The notes under the pieces: generated by a model
The model's database searches: none
The model's input: the letters and a program-made list of their open reading frames with translations, nothing else
What the model was told of the DNA's origin: nothing
In this document: positions 13,201 to 27,062 of the stretch, piece after piece
Layout of the letters: each line of letters starts with the position of its first letter
How positions within the stretch are numbered: the stretch's first letter is position 1
Assembly (NCBI RefSeq): GCF_006345805.1
Contig: NC_043002.1
Span: forward strand, 7,316,001-7,380,000
Reading direction: 5' to 3'
DNA from: Octopus sinensis
Taxonomy: Eukaryota
DNA length: 64,000 bases
Made by a program: the position numbers and the translations under genes

Positions 13201-15221
13201 GTGTGTGCAAGTGTGTACTGTTGTCCGAGGCAGATTTTATGTAAATCCGTCTGTGTATTAAGTACAATATGGTGATATTTAATTATGCGTGCATGTGTTT
13301 AGCTCTATACGATTATGAGTATATAAAGTATGTGTCAGCAAGCATGCATTCGTAATCAGGTGAGTTCTAAAAAAAAAATAAATAAATGACTTTACGCAAT
13401 GGCTATTTTAAAGTAAGGAATTAATAAAGTGAAAACAGTGGAGGGCGTTTCCAAACTGTGAAACATTAGGATAATGACCATATATATGCGTAGAAGTAGA
13501 AAGAAATTATTAATACACGCGGATAAATACGTGGTGGCAATATGTTGCGCACATTTATTAATGAAGTTTGGGATAATGTCTTGAAACAAAGCGTGCATGG
13601 TGTTTAAGCGTAACGCTGGAGTGAAAGTGAAAGTAGAGAAATAAAACGCGAAGACATATGTTTTGTGTACTACTATAAATGTATAGTTTCTTGAATTATC
13701 AGCTGAACCTAGCTTCGTTAACTTATTAAATCACATACTGAATATTCACTAGTGAACGAAATGAACTCAAAGTATTATTATTCGGACCTGACAGTTATAT
13801 AATACATTACATAAATGTGTACTGAAAATTCATATACCTCCTAACAATGTTTCTACCTTTTTTCTGTTGCATTGCATTTGTAAGTATACTGTCCCCGTCT
13901 CTCATTCAGATGCACACATATTTTTCTACAGATAATGCACAATATACTCAATGGCAATTTAAATTTATGCACTAATTCTTATTTGTCTAAATAAACAATA
14001 AAATACAGCACTATAGCAGAGACTTGGGATTAGAGCTAAGAATGCCTTCCTGTTTACACAATTTTATTGAAGGTTTGCTCTGATAAAATATATGGCAATA
14101 TGTTGGCGTTAAGACAGTGGCAGAATGAAATTATATTGTCTAGTTTTGATAAACGATGAAAGAAATTACAGGGTTTCTATAATTCACGAGCCACAATGTT
14201 GTTAAGTAGGGAAATTTTCAACCCACAACATGTATGTTCATAACCTGGTTTTATCAATGTAAACTAACTATTCTGCAATTTTCCCCTTCAACGATTTAAT
14301 ATTCTTAAATTCCTGGTTTCTGGATTATATGAATGAAATTTACAAAAGAAAAATACTTAAGATCACGTAAGTAATACGGTATTCAAAAAGAGGAACTGCA
14401 ATCTTTGGATATCTCTATTCATTCGTAAAGGAATTAACGATGTAAATGCAACTTCAACTGAGAATCGAAACCTTGATTTACAGAGAAAATACAGACAACA
14501 GTACCTATGAAGATAGAGATAGATAGATAAAGAGAGAGAGAGAGCAAACCACTTGACAATTGTAACTATAAATTGAACAGGAATCAAAGAGAGATGTCTG
14601 TAAGTGGACATTTGGCACCTTAGGTATTTAAAAATTGGATAATTGTGTTTAGATATTATAATTTTAACAACAGCCTGATGGTCGTGGTTGGAATACCATT
14701 GATGTACGTGGATTTGAGGCAAAATGATATAACATTAAAGAACAACATAGCATAATTTATACCCTAAATATACGAAATAGTAGTAGTAGTAGTTTGGGGG
14801 CATTCACAAGCGTAGAATTTCAGTAAAGAGATGGATGCGTCTTCCCACAGTCCACAAGTCCACATATGTTCTGTTAAGCTGCTTTTCTATTTTACTGCTA
14901 TAAATCCATTTGTTTAGATTACAGTGAAACAGAATTAACAGCATTCGGTCAAACTGTTGACGTGTCTTCACAGAACAGCTTTGCATTGCAAGACTACTCA
15001 CATATTCTCAATAATCAATCATTTCCTCGTATATTTCGCTTACTATACTCGTTATAACAACGGAATAATTACGAAGAAGTTGTTTAGTGATGAAACTGTC
15101 CGTGTCTATATATGCATCAAAACTGAACTACCTAAACATATCTTTTATATTGCATACGTTTGACATATATATATATATATGCGTCTCTATATACAATGGT
15201 ACAAATGCATAAAAACTATTT

Positions 15222-15608
15222 CAGGCGCGCCTGTTGTAAGAAGCTTGCTTCCCAACCACATGGTTCCGGGTTCAGCCCCACAGCGTCGCACTCTGGGCAA
15301 GTGTCTTCTACTATAGTCTCGGGTCGATTGAATTTTTGTGAATGGATTTGATAAACGGAAACTGAAAGAAGCGCGTCCTGTGTGTGTGTGTGTGTGTGTG
15401 TGTGAGTTTGTGTGTTTTCCTCCATCACCGCTTGACAACCAGTGTTGGAGTGTTTACAGATCCGTAACTTAGCGGTTCGGCAAAAGAACCTGAAAGAATA
15501 AGTCCCGGAGTCGATTTGTTCGATTAACACCCACAAATACACACAAGGCGGTGCTCCAGCATGGCAGCAGTCAAATGACTCAAACAAGTAAAAGAATATA
15601 AGAGTAAA
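15222..15608 (+). mobile_element. SINE family B, diverged full length
   Basis: Same head, internal (TG)n and GGTGCTCCAGCATGGCAGCAGTCAAATGAC tail. Confidence 0.85.
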
Positions 15609-15654
15609 GGAATTGTAGCATATGGTTTTGGATTCATTCTCATTGCGGGACGCT

Positions 15655-15855
15655 TTGAGCAAATGTTTTCTGCTGTAACCAGCCTCGGACTGACCGAAAA
15701 CCTCGTGAATGGATTTGGTAAACAAAAGCAAGAGGAAATATTACGGTATTTGGAAACAAGTGAGAGCAGGTAGGAAGGGCAACTGGTAACAGAAAATCTG
15801 CCTCCACAAATTCTGTCTGATCCATGCAACCATGGAAAATTAGAAGTTAAGCGTA
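15655..15855 (+). mobile_element. Diverged SINE related to family B with an RTE-type tail
   Basis: GTGAATGGATTTGGTA...GAAGGGCAACTGGTAACAGAAAATCTGCC...CCATGCAACCATGGAAAA. Confidence 0.55.
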
Positions 15856-16755
15856 TTTTTCGCTTGAAGAAGAGCACATCAGAAGGAAATGAGTTGTAAC
15901 AGACTCAATCAATGACCTTCAGTGAATAAATACATTTTATTATATTTATTGATTATCCCTTTCTTCCTAATCTTACACCCCAAAATGTACACACATACAC
16001 ATTCATACACCCATATATACACATACACATTCACATTCACATACATATACATTCGCCCATATACACACATACACATCCATACACCCATATATACACATAC
16101 ACATTCATACACCCATATATACTCAAAGTCAACTGTAGCTTCTCATTGGTTACTCCTTGTGGTTTGAGTGAAGTGGGAAATAAGCGATCAATAACTGTGA
16201 TTTATGTTATGAAATCACATTATGTGGGATCTTCAAGACGATAGGTTTTATTGGAAATTAGCAACTAAGTTTACTACAGGTTCGATATGTATTGAAGCAA
16301 GTCAGTTTACATCTAAGCAGTCAGGAAGTGATAACAGACACAGACGAAAAGATATACTAAGTCGAAAGTAACCACCAATCCCCAATTTTAACGCTTTTGT
16401 TGAAAGCTTGGACATCATTTTTGTTCTATATTTTATCTCTTATGTAAATGTGTGACCGATTGAGTTCCAATACACGCGTGTACGCTTTTTGTATGTTCTG
16501 ATTTGAAATCCCATCCAGATCAACTTTGTCTTTCATAGTTCAGGAGATCGATAAAACAAAATCCCGAGATCAATATAAATGACTAAACAATTAAATGTGG
16601 TACCCAACTCTAATGACTGGAACCATTAAATGAGTGTTTGTGTGTGTCTGTCTGTGTATGTGGTAAATGATGCATTTAAGCAATAATATTTGAAAGATAT
16701 ATACACACAAACTACTGTTACTTGAGAGGACCGCAACGTCGTCGATCTCCCAGCT

Positions 16756-16929
16756 AGAAATAGTAGCCACATCTCTCTCAAATCGCACCATTCTTAAAAT
16801 GGGACATGGTGCATAATGTTGTGACTCTGGGTTTTCTACACGTAAGGGAATAGGTGAGATGAATATGGCTAGAAAGCTTTTTGATCATAGGTCATTTCAA
16901 CCGCAAATGACCAGGGGATAAACAACAAG
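16756..16929 (+). repeat. Ancient ~200-bp dispersed repeat (family D)
   Basis: AGAAATAGTAGCCACATCTCTCTCAAATC...TTTGATCATAGGTC...GGGGATAAACAACAAG; decayed relatives near 23720-23960(-), 24586-24635(-), 26427, 27716, 34410-34580(-), 55090-55215, 59110-59220, 63720-63895 and 63937. Confidence 0.65.
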
Positions 16930-17144
16930 AATTTTTTTTTAAATCAGGTTCATGAGGACGGCTCCCTCTATGTAACTTTTTAAAAATAACAACCAAATCT
17001 TCTTCAGAATACTCCTTTACTGTCTTAATAACAAAAGAAATGTCCAGGCACTAACAATTTATTGTATCAAAGTACTTATTGGTAGGCAACGAAACTTTAG
17101 GCTCTTGAGTCACCCTTTTAGCTTCTCAACTATTATATGTGTGT

Positions 17145-17364
17145 GCGAGCTGGTGAACCGTTAGCACACCGGGCGAAATGCGTAGCCGTATTTCGTCTGC
17201 CGTTACGTTCTGAGTTCAAATTCCGCCGAGGTCGACTTTGCCTTTCATCCTTTAGGGATCGATAAATTAAGTACCAGTTACGCACTGAGGTCGATGTAAT
17301 AGATTTAATCCGTTTGTCCTTGTTTGACTCCTCTATGTTTAGCCCCTTGTGGGTAGTAAAGAAA
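17145..17364 (+). mobile_element. SINE family A, near full length
   Basis: B-box-like GAGTTCAAATTCC, central GTCGACTTTGCCTTTCATCC, tail AGCCCCTTGTGGGTAGTAAAGAAA. Confidence 0.9.
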
Positions 17365-18621
17365 CATATATGTGTGCGCGAGTGCAGTGTGTCTGTGATT
17401 GCGTGAATGTGTCCGTGTGTATATAAGTGTGTGCGTGAGTGAGAGAAAAGAGAGAGAGAGAGAGAGATGCTGATTGCATTAACAATTCTAGAAGATAATG
17501 GTGTCTATGCTTTTTGTGGAATCCCCTGGTTTCCATTCCTAGCATCCCTCTGGCTAACAAATCAACAAAAGAGAACAATACAATGTAGATTTTTCTTGCG
17601 TTTTAAAATATTTTTAAAATATACGAAACAATCCCTTAAAAACAAACCAAGACAAAAGAATAAATAAATAAATTGTAGCCGCTGTTCCTTCCTCTTCCCT
17701 ACCCGCCGTTCCTTCCTCTTCCCCCATTCCAAGAAAAAATACAAGTATGTTAGCATTAATGTATCCTTTAAAAATACCGTTCAAAAATTGTGTTTTTTTT
17801 AAATTTTATATTGTAAGCTGGTAATTTCATCATTGTATTAGGAGCACTCATTCTTTAATTATCTGTCTACTTAAAGACCAGCGGATGGTAATGACATCGG
17901 TGCTGCTGTTGCTGACGATGATGATGATGATGATGATGGTGATGATGAAGACGGCGGCGATAGCGACAATGGAACTGGTGGTGGTGTTAGTAGTTGGTTG
18001 GATGATTGGGACAGCGTGTCAACTCATCGAATTGAGAGTTATATCGTGATTGCATTAACCGGCCTTCGGTACACGCTTATTGTTTGCTAGTGATGATAGT
18101 GTAGGGGGGGACTGGCGGTGGTGGAGGTAGAAGCGGTGGTGGTAGTGGTGGAGGGAACCGAAACAAGTATCTAATTTAATCTATTTGCCCCAAACCAACT
18201 TTTTATTGCTCCGCCACACACACACACACACACGCACGGGCACACACACACACACACACACGCACGCACATGCTCACTGGTGTTAATGCTCCTCCTACTG
18301 CTGTTGTTGCTATACAAATGTTATTTATTGTTGCTCTTTTTGTTAGTGTTTCGTTATTGTTGTTCATGACGTGAAGAAGGAAAGGAAAGGAAAGGAAAGG
18401 AGAGGTAAGGAAAGGAAAAAGACTAGGCTGAGAATGTACAGACGCCGCTGTTTCCTTGTAAGAGAGACTGTGTTGAGTGTGTGAGTGAGCGCGTGTATTC
18501 GGTGCTTTTCTTCCAAGGAGGAACTGCATGGATTTCCATATTAACCGGAGAAGAGAAATACGTTTAGAATTACCGCATGCTACCGTATCTATGAGGCACA
18601 CACATGCATATATATATACAC

Positions 18622-18670
<49 letters not shown>

Positions 18671-18698
18671 AAAAATCTTGCACAACAAATATTTAAAC

Positions 18699-18747
<49 letters not shown>

Positions 18748-18835
18748 TACACACAATATATATATATGTATAATATACACAAATATATTTATATAGATAC
18801 ACACAAACATATATATATATATATACATATAAATC

Positions 18836-18935
18836 ACCGTGATCACCGTAACCGACCAGGCTATCAGATGGTGCTACACATCGCTGGTCACAATGCGCTT
18901 CGCATTGTTTTACCCTTGAAATGACGCCTCCCCGT
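18836..18935 (-). mobile_element. 3' fragment of SINE family C
   Basis: Reverse complement of the 3' part (~34890-34984) of the full copy. Confidence 0.8.
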
Positions 18936-19024
18936 TAAATATATATATATACATACATAAATACATATATATATATATATACACACATACACACATATAT
19001 ATACACACACACACACACACACAT

Positions 19025-19074
<50 letters not shown>

Positions 19075-19499
19075 TATATATATTATATATAGTGTGTGTA
19101 CACATGCATACAGAGAGAGAGAGGGAGAGAGAGAGAGCAGCAACTCTGAACGCAATTCAACACTACGTTGACCCGGTCTCAGCTCTGATTTGGATACGAA
19201 TAACTGAATGATAAAGAAAAGATTCTAAATTTTCCTGAGAGACGTGGTTTCTTCAAAACAATAAAAAATGCACACATTCTATGCTATGAAATGATTGGTG
19301 ATAGGAAAAGTATTCAGCCATAATTATGACTATTACAAATATACTGAAAAACCACACTTGCGTATATTAGACTAACATTTATTATGTTACTACGATGTAC
19401 TTTTGTGGAGTGGTCAGATGAAAACATGTGGCCGTGTGTGAAAATTCTTGACTGTCGTTCAAAATTGAAAAAGCAAACATCAAACAACCCACAACCCAC

Positions 19500-21030
19500 C
19501 GACCAATGGAAACTTTTTAGACGAAGAACATAGGTAAATTTATCATCTGCGTTCATAACAGCTCTGAGATGGGTGGAACAGGTATATTGTTGCAGCAAAA
19601 ATAGATACAGTAATTGAAGTAGCACGCAACAGACTAATTGAGCATAGACTAGTCATAGGCAACATGGCAGTAACAATTACCTCTGCGATAGAGGACCAAA
19701 CATTGTTTGCATAAAGGGCCTTATGTGACTACCTCAATATCGACATCGGTATCATGGTTACTTATTCTAATGAACATGTTGGATACATACAATGGGGGTT
19801 ACCCTTGCGCATATGGATCAATGGTTATAGGTGTGAGGAATGAGGATGGATCAAGGCTCAGAATTCTGTGACTCAAATGACCTAACCATTGAGAAGACTA
19901 AAAGGCGGGGCCTGGTCAGTCATCAATTAGATAAAGACGCAAGCCTAGTAGACTTCTTATCAGGAAAAGGGATAGCCAACAGATGGTAAATTTTAAGTCA
20001 TTCCCTCGTGAGTAGGGACTACAGAGAGCTCCATAGAATCAGAGAACAGAACATTTGGAGAAAGAAAGAATAAAAGCTGAAAGGTCCCTAACCAGACGAA
20101 GGTTTTAAGAAATGATACTTGGAGAAGACAGAGACTTACAACAGAGAACACTTAAGAGTTTGAACGAGACAACCTGTGTGAGCTGCAAAATAGCTGTGTT
20201 GATAGATACGATTTATTGGTGCAATGGTAGAATGAAGACAGAGCCATGAGAGTTACAAGATATGTCTGACATTTTATGAATAAAGGAAAGTAAGAATAAT
20301 ATCAGACAAACTAAAAGAGACAAAAGAGGGACCATCTGTTGAGCTTCAGAGTAATACAGTCGATAGTTTGATTAATTATACGAAGGCAGAGAAAGCGGCT
20401 GGATCATAGTCACTGAGATACAGAAAATACCCGGTGCTGCAAAATACCCTCTACGCAGTTTGGAGAGAGTGTCGCACCTAATAACTGATGTAGCAGTTAT
20501 CAACAAGATAAAAGAAATATTTCAAAAGTAGTAACTACATAAACATAACATTAAGGAACCCTATTTTGAAAATAAGGGAAAGAATTATAGCACAGCTAGG
20601 CAGCAAATTAGGAAGAGAATTATCTGAAATGAGATCCAGTTATGGTTCCTGCCGGGACAGGATCGGTCAATGCTCTCTTCCTAGTGATGTAGCTGCAGGA
20701 GTTTATCACGCTATTCCATTTGCTGACGACAGACGGATTTTACCTGAATGAAGGTGAGAATATGATACCTGTTTACGAATAATGATGGAAAGACATAAAG
20801 CAAGTATGAATACGTCGGTTGTGAAATATTAGCGTGCGTGAACAACTCACAATATGTACGAAAAACTGAGTATGTTAAGAATCAAATGTAGAGTGCTAGA
20901 AAGAAGGCCGTGCTGGGACTGATTCAAGATAGCTATAGAGGATGACAGTTGGTTTAAGAAGTTTGAAATGATGCAAGTGGAAGGACACTATGGAAGCAAA
21001 ATGAAGCAAAAAATGGACCTACCACAGAAC
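19500..21030 (+). mobile_element. Decayed RTE-clade LINE (APE endonuclease + reverse transcriptase remnant)
   Basis: Hand translation across frameshifts gives GGTGILLQQK*..TVIEVAR, NEHVG, GVRNEDGSRL/EFCDSNDL (APE domain) and KIRERIIAQL, NALFLVM*LQE, FADD (RT domain); many stops and internal deletions. Confidence 0.82.
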
Positions 21031-22539
21031 GAACGTGCATTAGGCAACCCAATGTTATGCACAAATTTCAATGTAAATGTGGAGTTGTAAAGTTTTGGGA
21101 CTCAAACTTACAATGCACACACAATTACATTTTCTCGTCGTTTGGCTGTACAGAGCCATTTACAGCACATTGTAGTACAGAGCACAAAACAAAACTGAAT
21201 TGAAAAACATTTAGTTGTCAACACTAATATTTTACATAGGAAGAAAAGATAAGAAATAAATAAGGTAAATTTATTAATAGCGAATTATATAGCGAATCAG
21301 CAAACAAGAAATAAACTGTGAAGATTAATGAGGAGTTAACTGTTTCAAATCTAAGGTTGAAGAGTTTATCAATTCGAACGTTGTTCTCATGGTTTTTCTT
21401 ACATCAGAACATGGTGACAATGTGTAGTTGTTCTCACTTCATTGGAAAGATGAAGTTGGGGTCTTAATGCATTTAGAAACTTTATTGCACAATAAGGAAA
21501 TATGAAAACTCTTCAGTAAAATAAGATTAAACTTGATCACTGTAGTGGCTGATAGTTTTGAAAGAAAAGCTGCTTCATATCTATGTTTGTGTGTGTGTGT
21601 GTGTGTGGCTTTGGGCAGAGAGCCGGAAGGCATCAATGATTTGTATAGTCCACCTGTCACTAACAGTTTGCAATATTTGTCCAGAGGTGGGGAGAGAATA
21701 AAAGAGAGAAACAGCATAGCATATACAAAAAACGAAGTCTATGAAAAGTTCGATGACAATGTACGAGATAATATCCAGTCTACCAAAGATAATTGATAAA
21801 TATACAGCAAAAGATAAGCTAGACGAATCTATAAAGTTATTTGAAAGATGATAGATCAGTAATAATGTAAGTGATTAGATGTGTACAGAAATAACTAGAC
21901 GAATAAACAAAATAAGTAAAGCAGACAACGAGGGAGTGGCTCTATTGATGGGCGTTCGATTTGCCAGAAATAGCAGCCCGCATTTTATTGGCGATTAATA
22001 GCGGAATTAAACTGTCACTCGAGGTAAGTGAGGAAGCTGCGTCCACATAGCTGTCCGGGCTGAAAACAATAGCAACCAAATGCCTTTTATATCAATTTAA
22101 CGTTTTAGAAAAGTAAAAACTCTTTTCATAATAAGGGCCTAAGAGCTCTGGGGATTAGGTAAGAGACTTCTGTAACGGCTAGAAGGCCACGATCATAGGA
22201 CTCTACTGAATCAGCTGTTATGAGGCGAACAAACTTATGATAACTACTTTGAGGTATATAAATTCGACAGCTAAAAGAAAAGTCTTAAATCTCCAGAGAC
22301 AACGCAGTACTGGTAATAGGTAATGAACAGCCAACCTTATTGGCAAGGTTATTTACCTGGTGCCATATTCATTCAGCGATCTACTTTGATGTTATAGTTT
22401 TGATCAAGATCACCCTTCATCGAACCGACAGATGATCAGAAGTATTCTGCTTGCGACCATACGGTCCTTTACAAAATATCTAAGACTTTTATATGTCCAC
22501 TATGAAATTCCCAACCACTCCACTTTTTTTGTAATCCAT

Positions 22540-22715
22540 CTTTGCCTTTCATCCTTTCGGGGCCGATAAATTAAGTACCAGTTGCGTACTGGGGTCAATG
22601 TAATCGACTGGCTCCCCCTCGTCAAAAATTTCGGCCCTTGTGCCTGGAGCAGAAAAGAATAATTGTTTGCATTCTGAGTTCAAATCCCATCATGGTCAAC
22701 TGTATCTTCATGTTT
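22540..22715 (+). mobile_element. SINE family A fragments
   Basis: CTTTGCCTTTCATCCTTTCGGGGCCGATAAATTAAGTACCAG followed by a second CTGAGTTCAAATCCC fragment. Confidence 0.8.
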
Positions 22716-24097
22716 CCAGCGTGTAGCAATCAAGTATTAGGGCATTTTTTCTGTCTGTCTGCCTCTCTATCTCCCTCTCCTTCCACCCCTCTCTCTCTCT
22801 CAAAATGATTTACGCTAGATCTCTTTATCCCAGGAATGATTGAAGTAGAGGCTAGCAAATTATTCTCATCTCAGCATGGTACGAACATCGACAAAATGAA
22901 CCAGAAAACAAGATGAGCGTGAGCAGATTGATGTATTGGACAGCATGGTCGGCTTAAAAAAAGGGGGATTTAAGAAGTTGCCTATCACTATTTCTTTCTT
23001 GCACTAAGAGATATTAGTTTGACGGTTGGAAGGAAAGCTATATAGATAGGTAAGCATGTACTTCACTATACACATCGCAGTTCAATCTAACAGCTGAAAG
23101 TGCACAACAGCTAATTGAAAATTAAATATTAATTAAGGCTATAACAACATTTTCTGTGAAAGAAATAGAACGGAAAGTATCTCGAATATATCACAGAAAA
23201 CAAATTCTGATAATATTATACTACTTTACTTGACACACACACACACACACACACACATGTATACTTAAATATGCATATACATACATACATACATACATGC
23301 ATACATACATCTCATCTGCTTTGTTTCGCTCCGGCTTCGAATGAAAGAGGTTTAAAATGTCCTTTTTTTGACAGATTTATGGCCCCATCTCACAACAGAG
23401 AAAATATACACCCAATTGGTCAAAGAGGTCAAGTACGGGTCGCACCTTACTGATATGCTAATGACCCTTATTATTCATATAGGAATTTTATTTTATTCTA
23501 TATTACATTAGCGGTAATAATTAAGAAGGCCGAACTGAGACTTAAGCTGAGAAAAAGGGCTAAAAAAAAAGCATGATTTATCAGCCATACGAAATCTGAA
23601 ATTGATGTAGTTTGGTTAGCAATGGTTTATAACCGCATTCCTACAACGACCATCCTACCTTTTTCTACTTTTCAGACACTGTATATAGGGACTTTATATA
23701 ATGCATCCTTCTATTTAAAGGTAATGAGGTGTATTTGCGGAAGATATGATTATTATTTCTGTTAAGCACGTAAAAATTCTCTTTTGCTATTTAGAATCGG
23801 AGCAATCTTTTTCCTTCTCATACATGACCAAAGACAAGCCAATCGTGCCCATATCTGATTATAATGCGGTCATAATGTCGTGTATCTAAATGAATTTTGT
23901 TGTTGTTGTTGTTGGTCAGCCCCAGGTCAATCATGGTTGATCAAATCTATGATAATGGCGGGATATTTTACTGATATTTCTACCAAGTCGAGTGACCACA
24001 TCATGGCCCCCAACCCCTTTTATAGAAGCATTGGAAGCACTTATACTTAAAATGGGAAAGGGGCATTTCAATAAATTTTATACTGTGATGAAACCAC

Positions 24098-24326
24098 AGC
24101 GACCTGGCAGAAATGTTAGCATGCCGGGTGAAATGCGTAGCCGTATTTTGTCTGCCGTTACGTTCTGAGTTCAAATTCCGACGAGGTCGACTTTGCCTTT
24201 CATCCTTTCGGGGTCGATTAATTAAGTACCAGTTACGCACTGGGGTCGATGTAATCGACTTAATCCGTTTGTCTGTCCTTGTTTGTCCCCTCTATGTTTA
24301 GCTCCTTGTGGGTAATAAAGAAACAG
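24098..24326 (+). mobile_element. SINE family A, full length
   Basis: Complete head-body-tail match to the other copies. Confidence 0.9.
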
Positions 24327-24723
24327 ATATTTCGGGCACATGATCGCTTTGAATGACCAAGAGAATTCAAAGGAGTGTTATTGTTTAATTCCAGAACTGG
24401 AAATAAATAAACCAGTGATTAGAGTGGGAAGAGAGGAAAACTGAAATGTGATATGAGTAACTTTCTTGAGAATTTAGACATCTCTACATTTGATGACATA
24501 ATCAAGCAGTGTCTGCTGCAATTATTCGGTAAACGATTAAGTCTATCAGTTTAACTACTCACTCTTACTGTCCATTTATTGAAGAGAGGTAGGGAGTGAT
24601 TTAAGGGGGTGGATTAGGCTGTTATTTCTAGTAGGTTTAGGAATTCGAAGAGATTCCCTCGCAGATTCGTCTGAAAAGTTAATTCATTAGAGTTGTCATT
24701 CTCTCGGTATGCGTGTGTGTGTG

Positions 24724-24767
<44 letters not shown>

Positions 24768-25095
24768 AATTTGCAGGTAGAATATTTATGTTCGATGGAA
24801 AAGCAAAATAATAATAATGAAAACGATAATAAACTTCAATACAACACAACTAGCGCATACAATATGATAAAATCAATAACAAATGCCCTGATTTAAAATA
24901 TGATTTTGAACAAAATACATTTGAGCTTATTTTTGATGATAACTGATTGAATTATGGAGGACATTTTTGAAAAGTTCTGAAAATAGCCTCGTTAGATTGA
25001 TTTTTCAATTAACATTTCAAAATAGAGCTTTTTACAACGAATTTTTCAAATGTATTTGTGTATGTACATACGCTCATGCATACATAGATACGCTT

Positions 25096-25141
<46 letters not shown>

Positions 25142-25377
25142 ATATATCAGATATTCAATTGATACATATATGAAGGCGGTGCATCCAGCACATCCTTGCG
25201 CGTTACCGACTAAAATGAATGTGTGCGTGAGACGGAGAGAGTGAATGAATATATTTTTACACTTGGTTGTTATAAACATTTTTTGATTTTTAACAAGTTA
25301 CAGATCTTATGCACCATATATATATGTGTGTGTGTTTGAGTGTGTGTGTGCGTATGTGTATGTGTGTGTGTGTGTTG

Positions 25378-25378
<1 letters not shown>

Positions 25379-25408
<30 letters not shown>

Positions 25409-25663
25409 ATTTGGCTCAAAAGCAAATAGCAAGGCCATGTAGGGGGACATGGAGTTAAGTACAGGGTGGTGTTCATGTAAAGAGTTCAGGCCACTTGAGG
25501 TCAAGGGAGGCTTTGAACAAAGCGGTCGTCGGCATCTTCACCATCTCGTCTGGCAGCTTGTTCCACGGATCCGCAACCCGGACGGAGAAAGCTCCTCTCC
25601 TTCGATTGAGATGAAATCGTCGCAGGTAGAGCTTTTCGGAATGACCCCGCAGCCGACGCTCTA
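25379..25663 (-). mobile_element. 5'-truncated CR1/L2-type LINE 3' end with (CTAA)n tail
   Basis: 25473-25661 reads without interruption ERRLRGHSEKLYLRRFHLNRRRGAFSVRVADPWNKLPDEMVKMPTTALFKASLDLKWPELFT*, the typical CR1 ORF2 C-terminus (RGH..KL, FSxRV..WN.LP, FK..LD); short 3'UTR and tandem tail. Confidence 0.9.
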
Positions 25664-25973
25664 GAATGTGTGCGTGAGACGGAGATATTTTCTTTATGGA
25701 TTACATTAAGTCCACCGTTCCTGTTTCTTTCTCAAGTTCATACCACTAACTTTTGAATAGTTGTGCACTCTCAGGGATTAACTGTCTCTCTTAAATGAAC
25801 TAAAATTATATTGGCTAGATCCAAGTGCTTCTATCCACTATTGGCCAAGTGTGCATACACTGGTTTGATCGTTTAAGATGTATATATAAAATAAAGTGAA
25901 ATACGGACTATAATTGCATTTTTAATTAAATATTTCCTCCATTTATAACAATTTGATGTAAAAAATACTCATC

Positions 25974-26030
<57 letters not shown>

Positions 26031-26782
26031 AATACACGTGTCTGTGAATATGTATAAAGAAACACTGGTACCAACTGGATCCATCTGCGCGTTTACAACG
26101 CAAAAAATAATAGTTCATATTCTTTGAAGGTAACGTCTTCATTACCGGCACACTTACAGACAGGTAGACACACATAATCGTTTCGAGAACTCCAAACAGC
26201 ATACAAAAGTCGAACATACCTGTTATGCTCTTACAAAGCACCCGATTCACCTAAGATTGGCAAGATAACTATTAAAATACTCAATACATTCATACCTTTA
26301 ACGATTTTTTTTTAAATCAGTAAGTGGAGCTAAGAGACATACTGAACTAATTTAACTTCATTCAAAGGCTTGAATTCGAGTAATACGAGCCAAGAAGGGA
26401 GTGGCTGCGTTCTATATCGACTTGTGAGAAATAGCAGCTAAATCTCTCAAATCGTGTCTCTTTGTCTTCTGAATTTTAAAACCTGATGTGATAATTATAG
26501 CTTGGATAGCATTAAATTGGAGATGCTCATCATTAGAGACGCCCGATATTTAAAAACAAGCCCTCAACTTAAATACATAATATATATACATGTATATTTA
26601 TATTTCTCCATCAATGAATATCTAATTCATCCAATTAGTCTGCTCTTTCGAAATAAATCACGCGCATATGTAGACGTACACGTATACTATAAATGTGTCT
26701 TTATGTGAGCATACACAGCCACGTATGTGTGTACATGAACATGCGACGTGCATATGCATTATACGCGTGAACAAAACTTCAT

Positions 26783-27062
26783 TATTCTGTTGTGTCTGGG
26801 GAGAGTCATCTTCTTTTTGTTCCTAATATAACAGACTCACCGGTAAAATTTCCACTTTTTTTCCTTGTTTTTATTTTTCATAAAATTTTCGTTGTGTCTT
26901 GCAACCTTTCCAATAGTTTTGAGAGTCAAAACTATTGAAAAGGTTGCAAGACGTAACAAAAATTTTAGGAAAATAAAAATGAAAAAAAAAATGGAAATTT
27001 TACCGGTGAGTGTGTTATATTAGGCACAAAAAAAAATGACTCTCCCTAGACACAACAAAATA
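26783..27062. repeat. 280-bp fold-back (palindromic) element
   Basis: Arms 26783-26922 and 26926-27062 are imperfect reverse complements around a 3-nt GAG loop (CAATAGTTTTGA-GAG-TCAAAACTATTG). Confidence 0.85.

Noticed and set aside
14650-14760. Peptide FNNSLMVVVGIPLMYVDLR faintly resembling an SLC6 transmembrane segment
   Set aside because: Too short, with an upstream in-frame stop and no neighbouring exons found.
21969-22029. Strong splice donor CTCGAG/GTAAGT preceded by a short open frame
   Set aside because: The upstream part is a family D repeat fragment, and there is no good acceptor or recognisable peptide.
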